Assembly: GCF_009914755.1 (NCBI RefSeq)
Contig: NC_060927.1
From: the human T2T-CHM13v2.0 reference genome, Homo sapiens
Length of the DNA: 64,000 nt
Reading direction: 5' to 3' (one strand)
The notes under the pieces: generated by a model
The model's input: the letters and a program-made list of their open reading frames with translations, nothing else
Databases searched by the model: none
What the model was told of the DNA's origin: nothing
Shown: in pieces, positions 41,157 through 55,645 of the stretch
How the letters are laid out: each line of letters starts with the position of its first letter
Position numbering within the stretch: the first letter of the stretch is position 1
Program-made: the position numbers and the translations under genes

Positions 41157-41740
41157 TAGCAGGTCCTCAAATAACATTCCTTTCAACAGAATTTCATTAT
41201 AACATCGATGAGAAAACAAATTTGGTCCCCACCGGGGACACTGTGTGGAGTTTGCACGTTCTTCCCATCTTTGCATGGATTTTCTCTAAGTACTCAGGTT
41301 TCCTCCCACACCCCAAAGATGTGTACGATAGGTGAACTCACATGTCTCAGTTGTCCCAGTCTGAGTGAGTGCGGATGTGTGTGAGTGAGCCCTGCAATTG
41401 AATGGAATCCTGTGGAGGGCTGGCTCCCACTTGGCTCCCTAAGCTGCCGGAATAAACTGGCCACCTTCAACACTGAACTGGAATAACTCGGTAAATAATT
41501 ATCTTACTTGTTTTTATTAACCTTTCTTAAATGTATATATAGCTCACATTTATTTCCATGTTTAATATTAGATCTTTATTTAGAAGTCTGGTGATGTTTT
41601 TGTGACCAAAACTATGCCTTAGGAACTTAACTCTTGTTTGTTATCAATTAACCTACCGTAAAACTGGTTTTGTTATACATCATTTTGCTTAAAGTCAGTT
41701 TCCAAGAACCTGTTAATAATGTTAAGTGATGACTTACTGT
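41157..41740 (+). mobile_element. MER6-like TcMar-Tigger relic
   Basis: agcaggtcctcaaataac...tgtggagtttgcacgttc...gttaagtgatgacttactgt terminal inverted repeats. Confidence 0.6.
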
Positions 41741-42400
41741 GTATATACACAGATTTGAAATTAAAAATTAAAAAGCTCTTCTGAAGTTGCAACCATAGTC
41801 AGAAGTAATAGAAAATAGAAATAAATTATTTCAAAAGGAGATTTCATTTTTGTCCAAAATCTTTTTATAAGGTTTAAAAAGCAAAAGTGTTAGGTTTTAT
41901 TACATACATTTTTATCAATTTAAATTTACATTCTCATCACATTTTATAAAAGAAAATATAAATATATAACTAAAAATGCATGGAATAAGACTAAATGACC
42001 AAATCACAAACACATTAATTTTTTTCTGGCAGGTACAATTACAGATAATTAATAGTTTCTTTTCTACATTTCATAAATTTTCTAAGTATATAAAAAGATT
42101 GGTTTTATAAAAAGGAAGAAGTATGACAGACATCCTTTAAGTCAATACCCTATGCCTGCATATACTGAAAACAGGCACTGTCCTGGTGCTGAGCACAGCA
42201 GAAAGCAGCTGGCTCCCCACTGGAGGACCAGAAAGATAAGGATTCAGAGGCCTGATGTAAGCTGACTCGAAAAGGCCAAGAACTAGTAAATCAGAGAGAA
42301 GATCACAAACAACTGTGAGAAAAACAAAGGCTCCAATCTTGCGCTTCTTGGTCCCAAGGAAAGAGCTGAGCAGCAACATCAGGTAGAGAAAGTGGACATG

Positions 42401-42414
42401 CTGCCATCTGGTGG
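42401..42414 (-). promoter_or_regulatory. Candidate CTCF site
   Basis: Minus strand CCACCAGATGGCAG fits core consensus CCASYAGRKGGCRS with no mismatch. Confidence 0.5.
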
Positions 42415-42469
42415 TGGCTATGAAAACTGGATAAAGACCATTCTGTAATCTTGACTATTTAGGACTAAA

Positions 42470-42625
42470 GCCTTGCTCCTCAAAGTGGTCCCTGGCTTGC
42501 CCTGGCAGCTAGTGAGAAATACAGAATCTCAGGTCCTGCCCTGAACCTGCTGAATCAAAACATGCATTTTAGCAGGCTCCCAAATAATTCATGTACATGT
42601 TAAGATGGAGAAACACTGGTTTAGA
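42470..42625 (+). mobile_element. MER5A-like relic
   Basis: ctcaaagtggtccc...gaaatacagaatctcagg...ctgaatcaaaacatgcattttagcaggctccc...gagaaacactgg. Confidence 0.65.
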
Positions 42626-43483
42626 GAACAGCAGAAATCTTTAGCAAGACCCTTTATTTCTCACCTAGATGCCAAAAGCAGCCCCATCCTAAGAGATAAG
42701 GACCACTGTTATCAGCAAAATGGGGTACAGCAAACTTGAGGAAGAGTCAAGGGAGAAAGTATCTTTCATCATGGTCTGTAAATTGGAATGTTCATTCATC
42801 TGGATGTAAAACAACTCAAATCCTAATGTTATTGTGCTCAGGACCATAGATGCAAAAAACAAATGTTAGGCACAGATACAGCTCCCTAGCGGCAGCTCTT
42901 CCTAAAGACAATGCTTCCATCTGTCCCTTTAATGGATTAGGATGGGGAAGGATTAAGGTCCATAAAAACAAAGTAGATCCTCCTTCATTCCCATGGCCCT
43001 GGGCCTCCTCCTTTGATTCTCCCAGTCTCTTCAACTACTTTCTGGATAGAAACACCTTCTGGGAGCTAAAGTCTAAAGCTACATTATCCCATACATGGCC
43101 ACTAACTTACATAAAATTACAGTTAATTAAATAAAATGAAATTTCTGGTTCTTCAGATGCATGAGCCACACACATTTCAACTGCTCAACAGTCACATGTG
43201 ACGAGTGGCTATCATATCAGACAGAATAGGTGTAGGACATTTCCATCATCTAGGAAAATTATACTTCATGGACCTAGTCTAGAAAGATCCCCCAGCCCCA
43301 CCTTAGGTTTTAAACTTTGTGCCATCAGTAAAATCTTAGAAACAAAATGTATGCATGTAACTCTATACAACTCTCTGGATGTATAAAGGAACAGTGATAT
43401 TCAATATATAATTTCATTCAAAGATCATCACCTATAGAGTTCACATAGGCTTTATTTAGGCTTTTCCACAAGTTCTACTGCTG

Positions 43484-43807
<324 letters not shown>

Positions 43808-44465
43808 CTAGAATACTTTGGGAAATATACAACTCCACCTTGCCAGCCCTTCCTGATTAACTTCTCCTCTTTACAGATTTTTTTTTACTAGTTCCTTTCA
43901 CTCATGTTTCTCTATAGTCTTTCAATATTCCTCTAGCATGGCAAGAAAATCTTTGTGACCAGTGGCCTGGAAAACTTTACAGAAATCAAACGTCCAACAA
44001 GTTTACCATTGAGTACGGAAGGCTTTAGGCTTGACTGCATCCACTACCATCACAGGCTACCTGGTAAGCCAAATGGCAAGCTTGGAACGATGCACAGTCC
44101 TCTCATGCATGCTTTTCTGCCAAGCAAGTACAGGTGAATTCTAATGAGTGAAAAGGGGACACACTGAGATTCTACTGAGTCTCTTCTCTTGGTTCCAAAC
44201 CCAGGTCACATTTAACTGGTGAAGGAAAGAGAAGAGAAGCGAGAGCAAGAACCTTGCCTCAGAAGACAAGGCATTTTTAGGATTAACAGATATTCAAGGA
44301 TTGTATTATACAAGGAAACTAAAAAAAAAAAAAAAAAAAAAAAAACCTAAAACCTTAAAAACTAAACCAACATGAATGACTTAGGCCAAAGACTTTAACA
44401 CTAAATAGAACATGCACAGTATTCTAAGAACTGAGATTAAAATTAATAAAATATAAAATTTGCAG

Positions 44466-44867
<402 letters not shown>

Positions 44868-45424
44868 TCATGGAAACCATTCTGAAACTGAGATGATATG
44901 CACAAGCTCTCAAAAAGCATTCCACAATGACCTACTCATTATACAACCTCACGAAGAAATTAGTATTCCTAAAAACATGAGGTCATTTAAAAACTAAACA
45001 TCATATGTCAAAGCTTTAAAAGAACACCCATGAAAAGGAAAAAAATAAAAAGAGGGCTCTACCCCTCTCTCCTTGTTCTCACAGTCTCATAGAAATGACA
45101 TCTTTAAAATAAATAAATAAAAATTAAAACATAAATGGGGAAATGGAGTCAAGGGAGAAGTGTTTAAAAAGCAGCTTCAATCTCCCTCACATAAAACTTT
45201 TCTCACTCTGGCAATTGCAATAATCTGCAGCCTGACAGACTATCTCCCACCCCAACACATGCCCTCTACAGGTTGCCTGCAATTTGCTGCCCACTTGCAC
45301 ATTCAAGAGAGGGAGTGTTTCTAGGGAAGCACATTTAAATAACTGCAGGAAATAAATGCTTACCAACTATTAAGTATTAATCAATCTAGTCCTTCAGTCA
45401 TACATACAAACCATCCAAAGATCA

Positions 45425-45772
<348 letters not shown>

Positions 45773-47483
45773 ATGAGTCAACTAACCCCAAAAGTAACAT
45801 TAATAATTCAGAGAAGAAAGGAGAAACTTTTTTTAAAAAAAAAGTATTTGCTTTTTTAAATGCAATTCAAGAAGATGTGGCAAATATAAAACATGAATAA
45901 GCTGCTATAGATAAGAAACAATCAAAAGAGTTCTAGAAATTAAAACTATAATTTTCCAAATTAAAAAATGCAGCAATGGACAAGATAAATTATAAAAGGA
46001 GAAGTTTTAGATGAATTTAAAGATCTGGGAAGAGAAAAGGAGATAGAGACTAGTAGGGAAAGGTACAGAGACATATATTATAAATTCAAGAAGCTCATCC
46101 ATTTAATAGCAGTGGCAAAGAGAAAAGAGACTTGGATGGGAACAAAATAATAGAGGATAATTCCCCTGAGCTAAGAAAACAGAATGCAAGGGGCCAACAC
46201 GTGCCAAGCCAGAAGAATGAGGAAGGACCCATATCTAGATACATACTAGGGAAATTGCAGGACTCCGAGGACAGAGAAAATTCTAGAGGGGGAAAAAATG
46301 AGACTGACATCAGACTTCTGTCAGTAGCAATGGGAGCTAGAAGATAATGAAATAATTTATACATTGTGAGGAACAAGGTTTTACAGTACATTTCATAAAA
46401 CTAAGATACCATAGATATCGATGAACATACCAGAAAAGACTGCCATTAAACTATGACATGTCACTGATTATAAAACACATTCCCATTTCAAAGATGTTAA
46501 AATTGCTGGGAGGCAGGGGGGAGTGTAACTTACTATTGAAGAAATACAATGCCTATATTCAGACAAATTATCCATCAATATGAGGGTAAAAGAAAGACAT
46601 TTTCAAAAATTCTGTAAGTCTACTATCTATGCCTCCTCCATGAAAAACTTACTTGACCAAGTACTCCAACATATCAAGGAGGAAATCTATGTGGATAACA
46701 GTAGCCATAGGAGTCATGTATGAGTGCAAAAACTACAAGAAGTATAAAAATATATACATGTTTCATTAAACTGAGATGCTTAAAGAGTATCACATTTAAA
46801 GAGCAAAGTTTTCAGGACATTTGGCGATTCCTTTCTATAGGTCTGCCCATGTTACTAGTTGTAGAAAGAGTAACATTTACATAATTATACTACCATGCAA
46901 ATGTCATTCACTAATTTGCAATTTTTAGAATCAATCTGTAGATGCAGCATGAAAAACTTAGAGTTAAGAAATAGAATATAAATGATACACGTAGCATTAC
47001 TAAACAAAACCCAACAAATAGGACTGACACAGCCAAGCACTTCATCTTTTACGTGGTCTTGTCAGCAGATGCTGTCCAAAATTGATAAACCAAGAAATAG
47101 AGATGTACGTGTATTTTAAATTGTTGGCCATAATTGTTTCTAAGGAATAGACTTGATTTTGTTATCTCATATTCTGTCTAATTTTTTTCCTTTTTTTGCT
47201 GTGTACATGCATGGGAAAAAAAAAAAATCACCCACACTGTCAAAAGGTGGACTTGAAAAAGTTCCCAGAATGTCATAGCATCTCTCTAAATAAGAGCTAT
47301 CTCATTCTACCTTTAAAAAAAAAAAAAAAAAGCAAACAAGTTTTCCAAAGATTGGTAGGTCTCACTTCCATATATATATGTGTGTGTATATATATATATA
47401 CCAAAAAGAGATAAACTGATTTGTATCTAATGTCACAGAACCAGTTTTATGCCCCCCAAAAGTTAATACACTGGAAGCTGTAC

Positions 47484-47654
47484 CTGATAGGTCCTTAGAA
47501 CACGTAGCTAGCTTTTCTAAGTGACTGTTGATTTTCTCGATGGCTTTGAAGTTCTTATTCCTCTTCAGGACATCCACAACAGACCGAGACTGTCGATCCA
47601 GCAAAGTGGGATCTGCCCCAAAGCGCAGGAGCATCTGCACATCCTCTGTTTGTC
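47484..47654 (-). CDS. TRANK1: TRANK1 coding exon (171 nt, phase 1-1), ankyrin repeat
   Basis: ctgccctag|GA CAA ACA...CTA TCA G|gtacag; QTEDVQMLLRFGADPTLLDRQSRSVVDVL...; lies within ORF 47362-47715. Confidence 0.92.
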
Positions 47655-48418
47655 CTAGGGCAGGCCAAAATGAGAAGGGGTGTTTGTCATGGTTCCTTCC
47701 ATAAGATGTCCCCATGAGTGCTCTTCTTCTCAGTCTCCTCCCAAGCAGCCCAGGGCAAGAGGACTAGGGTCTTCTGTTTGTGGAGCCTGCACTGCTAGCC
47801 TCAGGTAGTCCACTCAACTCCCTGAAGCAAGGAGTTCTTTGTGGAGTGGGAAGGACAATAGCTTTCAAGAGGTTCAGAAGTGCGCTCCTCTCTACCTTTC
47901 TCCCCTCTCCTTGGTAACAAGCAAGGAGAGGGGGAATCTGGTTACTAAGCAACAGTTACAGCTGTAAGGATAACATCAAGCTGTGACTTCAGATTTCTTT
48001 ATTCCCTAGAGAGGAAACAAAATATTCTTCCAGGAGAAAAGTCTGCCTGGAGACAGGACATGAAAGCGGTGATTGCTTTGGCATCAGGGGCTGTTTTGTT
48101 GTCACTGTTACCACCCTCCTAGCCCCAACTCCCTGGATGCCAACTCCATTTGCTGCTCTGATGTATCCATTTGCCAAGCATCAACGTATGTCTGTGGTCA
48201 CAGATGCAACTGTTTGCGGAATGAAACAGGTATATCCCTGGGGGTACACAAAGACTTAAATGGGCACAGAGAGTTAAATGACTCAATGCCTAATCTCCAA
48301 ATTCCATATGTAAGCTTTCCTAAAATTCACCTCCTGAGAAGGCAACTGCACTTCTCCCACTTTACCAAAAAAAAAAAAAAAGAATTAAGTCATATTTCCC
48401 ACCCATCGAGAATCTCAC

Positions 48419-48995
48419 TGTGGTAGGCAGAATTCTAAGCCCCCAAGATTTCTGACCTGCTGTGCATCCACACTTTTTCCCAGTTATTCAATCAAATACT
48501 AGCCTAGGTGCTGCTGTGATGAAATTTTGCAAATGAAACAAAGGTCCCAAATCAGTTTATCTTAATATAGGGAGATTATCCAGAGAGGCCTGACCTAATC
48601 ACATGAGTCCTAACAGTCAAAGTTCTAGAGGTCAGAGATTCAGAGTATGAGAGGGATTTGATGCACAAGAAATTCTCCTCTGCTGGTTTTGAAGATACAA
48701 GAGGCAGGACAAGGAATGTGTGTGGCCTGCAGAAGTCAAGAGCAGCCTCTGGCTAATAACCGGCAGAGAAACTGGGATCTCAATCCAACAATGGCAAAGA
48801 ACTGGATTCTTCCACAACCATGTGAGCTTAAAAGCAGGCCCAGAACTCCAGATGAGAACATAGCCAAAGCCAACACCTTCAGCCTTGCAAGACACTGAGC
48901 AGAAAACTCAGTCACATCATGTCACTCTACTGACGTATAATAAATGGGTGTTGTTTCAAGCCACTAAGTGTATGGTGACACAGCATAACTATAGT
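48419..48995 (+). mobile_element. MLT1D/E-like LTR
   Basis: tgtggtaggcagaattctaag...gggagattatcc...taaatgggtgttgtttcaagccactaag. Confidence 0.7.
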
Positions 48996-51381
48996 ATACT
49001 GCCCCAAAGGGGGTAAAAACTCCTAACCTCCAGGGTATCAACCCAAAGGACAATTAAAACTAACTGATACCTGCAAAACGTCTTTTAAAAGGCACTACAT
49101 AATCCATCCCCTACCTACTTCCCCCCAGAATTTTATTTTTATGTTTAACAATTATAGAAATTTCACTATATTTATGTTGTTTTGATAAGCTCCATATTGA
49201 TAATTAGGAATAATTCAATCCAGAAAAAAAGTAACGCTTAGAGCCTTACAATCACAGAAATGTTGGGAGGACGTCATTTCCATTCTATTAAATACAAGTA
49301 AAGAAGTGAAATAACAGTTTTATTTTAAAATATCCATGTGTACAAAATTATACAAAATTCCAGATGTCAACTTAAATACATGCAGAGAGGTACACAGGTT
49401 TTCAAAATTCTTTAAGGGGGGATAAGGAAGCAAAATTTGAAAACCACCAACAAATAAGACTTATTTTTTTGTCTGGTCAGTATCCATTCTCCCTTTTTCT
49501 GAGAACCACCCAGTTTTCCTTTGAGACAGCACCTCCTCTCTCTCAGCCTTACCAGATTTGATGGTGTGAACACCAGACCGACTGACACACACCCCTGTGA
49601 CAACCACATTCTCTACCATTTCACCAACGCCCAGGTCCAGGGGCTAACACTTAACCAGGATCTGGCCATTCAAATCATTCTGTTCTTCTAGCTCTGTCCC
49701 ATACCCTCTTCCAGAGGCTAAATCCTGGCCAGGGCCTTGCCAATCAGATCATTCCATTCTTCTGGCTCTAGTGACTGATTGGTTCATAGGGAGGACATGT
49801 GACCAAAGTCAGGTCACTAAGACACACTAGGAGCTATTGGGAGGAGGTATCCTCTTTGACTGAGATTGACAAATTGGCAGAAAGTAAGCCTGAAGGTTCT
49901 GGTGGCCTTAACTGAAAGACAGCCTGTCTGAAAACGAAACTAACAGAAAGAAGAAATAACCACAAACCGCTACAGATGAAAACAAACAAACCTAACAACT
50001 CTCCCAACACCACTTTCAAAATGAACATATCAAACTTGATTTTCATTAGAACATAGTTATTTCTTCACACAACGGAGTAAAAGGCAAGACAGACTCATGA
50101 AGACAGCTTTGAAGCAAGCACCTGAACCAAACTCTGGAGTCTTCAGTCGCATGAGACAATAAATTCTCTTTCCTGCCTAAACCAGTTTGAGTGTAGCTTC
50201 TAACCAAGACAGATGTAATGATCCAACCTCACTCCTTCAATTTCAGGAGCTAACCATATCTAGACGGATTCTGCTGCTGCCCAGCTCTGGTGAGTTCCTG
50301 AGCCTCTGAAATCTCTATGTACCAGAGCCAATGAGACCATTGTAACAACAAGCACCCACCAAATTACAAACAAAGCTGAAGATTTCTAAGGCCCAACTGA
50401 CACTGCAATTTTTTCAAATGGGTTTAAAATTTAGGCCAACTTAAATAATCTGGAAAGTTCTTGATTCTCTATGTACCAAACAATACTTAAGAAGGAGATA
50501 ATAAACCCAGTGTTCAGGCAACATTTCTGGGGTTTAAGTTAGCAATAGCTTTCAAAATCCAAATGCATACCAATAAGCTAGCACATCTTAAACATATACG
50601 CTTTTACTTGTACATCATAAAATATTTGCAGAAAAAAATGTAAGATATTAGTAACACTCATTCCTTGCTGCCTAATGGACAGAGTAGAATAGACTCTTGA
50701 TGTATACATTTTGTACCTTTTGATTTTTTAATATATTTAAAATTTAAATAAAATTAAAATGTATCCAAATAAATAACATGTACAGTTCCTTCAAACAAGA
50801 AATTTCTTAACAAGGAAATCATCCTATAGATGCAACCCCACTGATTCACAAACATGTATGTAAAAGAATGGTCTCCAAGCCTTGTTTTCAATTGCAAAAT
50901 GAACTAAAATACATTTAACCATCTATTAGTATGAGTTGTTAAAAAAATGAAACTGCCATGCAGATACTATTAGGGAAAGATGACTAAGATACATTGTTCA
51001 GTGAAGAAAGCAAGTTGCTGAACAGAATGTACAGTGTACCTACATTTATATTTAAAAGGGAAAAAACTGGCATTATACATATACATTACTAGCAAGACTG
51101 ACAAAAAAAGTTTTAGTAGTTGATTTTGTAGAAAGAGATTTACTTTTTATCACATTCTTTGAAAGTGTCTGAATTTTTTAAAGGAATACAAAACTATTTA
51201 TTGACCATCGTTCACCAGTATTTTAAATAATAAACAATATACAGTTGGATAACATTCTGATTAATACAAAGTTGTTTTTCCTGGCTTCTGCTGAACCAGT
51301 AAAACAAATACTGAAAAGACTAAGCCTACATGTAAGGAATAAGTTGAGGTAAAGAAAAAACATGCGAGTCAATAGTTTAGA

Positions 51382-51733
51382 TCAGGGGTCCCCAACCCCC
51401 CAGGTGCTGGTCTGTGGCCTGTTAGGAAGCGGGCCTCACAGTAGGAGGTGTGCAGAGGACAGCGAGCATCACTGCCTGAGCTCCGCCTCCTGTCAGATAA
51501 GCAGCAGCATTAGATTCTTATAGGAGTGCAACCCTGTTGTGAACTACGCATGTGAGGGATCTAGGGTCTATGTTGCCACTCTTGAGAATCTAACTAATGC
51601 CTGGCAATCTCAGGTGGAACAGTTTCAGCCCAAAACCATCCTCTTCTCCCACCCCCAACTATACCCCACCATCTGTGGAAAAATCGTCTTGCACAAAACC
51701 AGTCCCTGGTGCCAAAAAGGTTGGGGACCACTG
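51382..51733 (+). mobile_element. MER1B-like hAT-Charlie element inside the CBX3 pseudogene 3'UTR
   Basis: TIRs caggggtccccaacc...ggttggggaccactg; ~8-bp TSD (g/c)tttagat. Confidence 0.8.
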
Positions 51734-51883
51734 CTTTAGATTACAAGACTTGGTTCACTCATTTACAGCTGCAGGTCCTAAACTACCAACATCTCTAACC
51801 ATCTGATTAGTTTCCGTGAGCAACGTCTTAGATAGTCCATGAATCATGACCTTTAGGTCAATGTAGCAACAGGGATTTCAACT

Positions 51884-52160
51884 TACATGTTCTTACCTGT
51901 AAGTGAGGGCTACACAGCTAGAATACTTGGACACCAGGAGGGAAACAACAGACACTAGGGCCTACTTGAGGATGGAGGGTGTAAGGAGGGAGAGGATCAG
52001 AAAAAACACTTATCAGGTACTATACGTATTACCCAGGTGATGAAATGATCTTCACACAAAACCCCTATGACATGCAGTTTACCTATATAATAAACCTGCA
52101 AAAGTACCCCCCCCGAACCTAAAATGAAAGTTCAAAAAAAAAAAAAAGAAAGAAAAGAAA
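51884..52160 (+). mobile_element. Older L1PA/L1PB 3' end inside the CBX3 pseudogene 3'UTR
   Basis: gcctacttgaggatggaggg...gtttacctatataataaacctgca...aacctaaaa + A tail. Confidence 0.8.
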
Positions 52161-52895
52161 TGGCTCACTAAAAGAAATCTTTTTAAATGCCCATTTAACT
52201 GTCTTGTTTAATTAAAACGTACTAGGATTTTCCTAGTTTCCTCATCTGGATAGGGAGGCTGCTGGGTTGTTGGCAACAATAAAATTTTTCTTTAAGGAAT
52301 TTTGCTAACAAACCATTGCATTTTTATATATAAATGCTTTTAAAATATCAATTTAAATTGTCTGATTAATTAGAATCATTTATTTCACTTGATACACATG
52401 GCTTCAGGAAAATTTTCAATTTATCTGGAAGTGATTTATCTCTTACATTGCTCAGAATGATGGCATATTAGAAACATGGGCTTACCTGGGACTTTGGTTT
52501 TGGCAATTGTTTAAAAAAAAAAAGAAAGAAAACTATTTACATATGCATTTTATATATACATACACAAAAACAAAACAACCAGAATGATCCTTAGGCTTAT
52601 GAGAAGCCAAGTTATGATTAATGACTATGAGAATTTTCCCCAACATTTAGAAAATCTGTTCCCTACTGCAGAGGAAATAATATACCATGGTATTGAATGC
52701 TCTTTACTGATAAAGGAAGCAACTACAGAGAGCTTTTGTTTCTTTGTTCAAAGTAACCAGTTCTACTGATGAAAAAAAACAACAAACCCAACAACTCTCC
52801 CAATACCATTTCAAAATGAACATATCAAACTTGATTTTCATTAGAATGTAGTTATTTCTTCACACTAGCAAATAAAAAACCAAGACCCAGATTTT

Positions 52896-53515
52896 GTATA
52901 AATATATCTATATAAATATATAAATATATAAATATATATAAATATACAAATATATAAATATATATAAATATACAAATATATATAAATATATATAAATATA
53001 CAAATATATATAAATATATAAATATATATAAATATATAAATATATAAATATATAAATATAAATATAAATATATAAATATATAAATATATATAAATATATA
53101 AATATATAAATATATATAAATATACAAATATATAAATATATATAAATATATATAAATATATATAAATATGTAAATATATAAATATACAAATATATGTAAA
53201 TATACAAATATATGTAAATATACAAATATATGTAAACATACAAATATATGTAAACATACAAATATATGTAAACATGCAAATATATGTAAACATGCAAATA
53301 TATGTAAACATGCAAATATATGTAAACATACAAATATATGTAAACATACAAATATATGTAAACATACAAATATATGTAAACATACAAATATATGTAAACA
53401 TGCAAATATATATAAACATGCAAATATATATAAACATATATAAATATATATAAACATATATAAATATATATAAACATATAAATATATATAAACATAAATA
53501 TATATATATATAAAA
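52896..53515. repeat. ~620-bp AT-rich micro/minisatellite (aaatatat units grading into 18-bp caaatatatgtaaacat(a/g) units)
   Basis: Directly visible; sits immediately 3' of the pseudogene stop region. Confidence 0.95.
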
Positions 53516-54083
53516 CAATGTGAACAATTACATCATCTTCTGGACGAGAATGCCAAGTTAGTCTTTCTTCATAAAAAGCAATTACAATTTAAGGACCCTT
53601 CACACTTGTCTCTTTTGCCAGCATCAAGTTGGCCCCATTTGAGTCTTTCCACCTCATGAGAAACATCGATTCTCCACTGCTGTCTGTGGCACCAATTATT
53701 CTTTCAGGATTAAGACCTCTAGCCAGCCCTCTTGGTTTCTCAGCAGCATCTCTTTCCTTTGATTTGCTCTCATCAGATTTACTGTGAGATAAAGTATTTT
53801 GTAATTCCTTTTCTTTACTTAATTTGGGAATTAATAAATGCTTCAATTAACTCTGGAGAATCTAAATTTTCTTCAGGTAACCAAGCATTGTATCATGACG
53901 TTCTTCCATCTGTAGGTCTGTAGCATCTGTAAATCCCTTCCACTTGAGGAAATAATCCACTTTCCCTTTCACTACACATCAATCTACTACTTTTTCCACC
54001 ACAAATTCTCCAACTTTTTTACTCTTTCCATTCTGTTTCTTTCCCCTTGTTTGCAATGTAGTTTAATTGGAGGCCATTTTCTT

Positions 54084-54279
54084 TTATTATTATTATTATT
54101 ATTATACTTTCAGTTTTAGGGTACATGTGCACAGCGTGCAGGTTTGTTACATATGTATACATGTGCCATGTTGGTGTGCTGCACCCATTAACTCGTCATT
54201 TAGCATTAGGTATATCACCTAATGCTATCCCTCCCCCCTCCCCCCACCCCACAACAGTCCCCGGTGTGTGATGTTACCC
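54084..54279 (-). mobile_element. 5'-truncated L1PA 3' end with (TTA)n tail
   Basis: 20-bp TSD taattggaggccattttctt (54064-54083, 54280-54299). Confidence 0.93.
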
Positions 54280-54517
54280 TAATTGGAGGCCATTTTCTTA
54301 TTGCAGACTTGAAGAGCCACTATTCACTGCCTCTCAGCTGTTCTGGGTCATGGGTCTGTGGCATCTACAACCCTGTGCACCTTAAATTCAAGCCACATCC
54401 AATGAACTTTTTTTTATCAAAAACATGAACTTTCAATATTTTTCCCCTTTAAAATATTTTTTCCATTGAGATACAGCTCATATAACATAAAATTCATTCT
54501 TTTAAAGTGTATTATTT

Positions 54518-54983
<466 letters not shown>

Positions 54984-54984
54984 C

Positions 54985-55645
54985 TATATAATTTAATTAG
55001 TTTTAGTATATTTATGAAGTTGTACAACCATCACCACTGTCCAATTCCAGAACATTTTCATCACCCCTAAAATAAATCTCATACACATTAAGTCATTCTC
55101 TACTCCCCTTCCCAAACCCCTGGCAACCAGTAATCTACTTTCTGTCTCTAGGGATTTCCTTATTCCGGACATTTCATATCAACGGAATCACACAACACAT
55201 GGTCTTTTTCGTCTGCTTCTTTCACCTAGCATAACGCAATCTTCCTCCGTGTTGTAGCATGTATCAGTACTTCCTTTTTATGGTTGAATAATATTCCCTT
55301 GTATGGATATGGCATATTTTGTTTATCCATTCCTCAGTTGATAGAGATTTGGGTTGTTTCCACTTTTCTGGCTATTATGAATAATGCTGATATGAATAAT
55401 CATGTACAAGTTCTTATTTGGGCATGTTTACCTTCTCCTGGTATATACCTATGAGTGACAGATTTGGTCTTCTGGTAACTGTTTAACTTTCTGAGCAACT
55501 GTCAAACTGTTTTCCAAAGCAGATGCACCATTTTTCTTACCCACCAGCAATGTATGAAGGATCCAAGTTTTCCACTTCCTTGTCAACATTTGTTGTTATC
55601 TTTTTTTATTTTAGTCATCCTGGTGGGTATAAAGTGTATCTAAAA
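54985..55645 (-). mobile_element. Old L1M 3' region
   Basis: ttccagaacattttcatcaccc...ttggttgtttccac...ctgttttccaaag...caccagcaatgtatgaagg. Confidence 0.7.

Larger units (their letters stand above)
51174..54401 (-). pseudogene. CBX3 (HP1-gamma) processed pseudogene, 5'UTR to poly(A), with three nested TE insertions
   Basis: Intronless chromodomain (EFVVEKVV..VV.GKV.YFLKWKGFTDA) and chromoshadow ([32 protein letters not shown]) homology; start reads ATG GCC TCC AAT TAA (stop at codon 5); indels; CBX3-like 3'UTR ending AATAAA (51197-51202) and an A remnant. Confidence 0.92.

Noticed and set aside
52852-53527. Three ~200-aa I/Y/F-rich ORFs
   Set aside because: Translation of the AT-rich tandem repeat, which happens to lack stops on that strand
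53589-53846. 85-aa chromoshadow-like ORF as a functional HP1 fragment
   Set aside because: Part of a decayed retrocopy with an early stop, indels, a truncated chromoshadow domain and no promoter evidence
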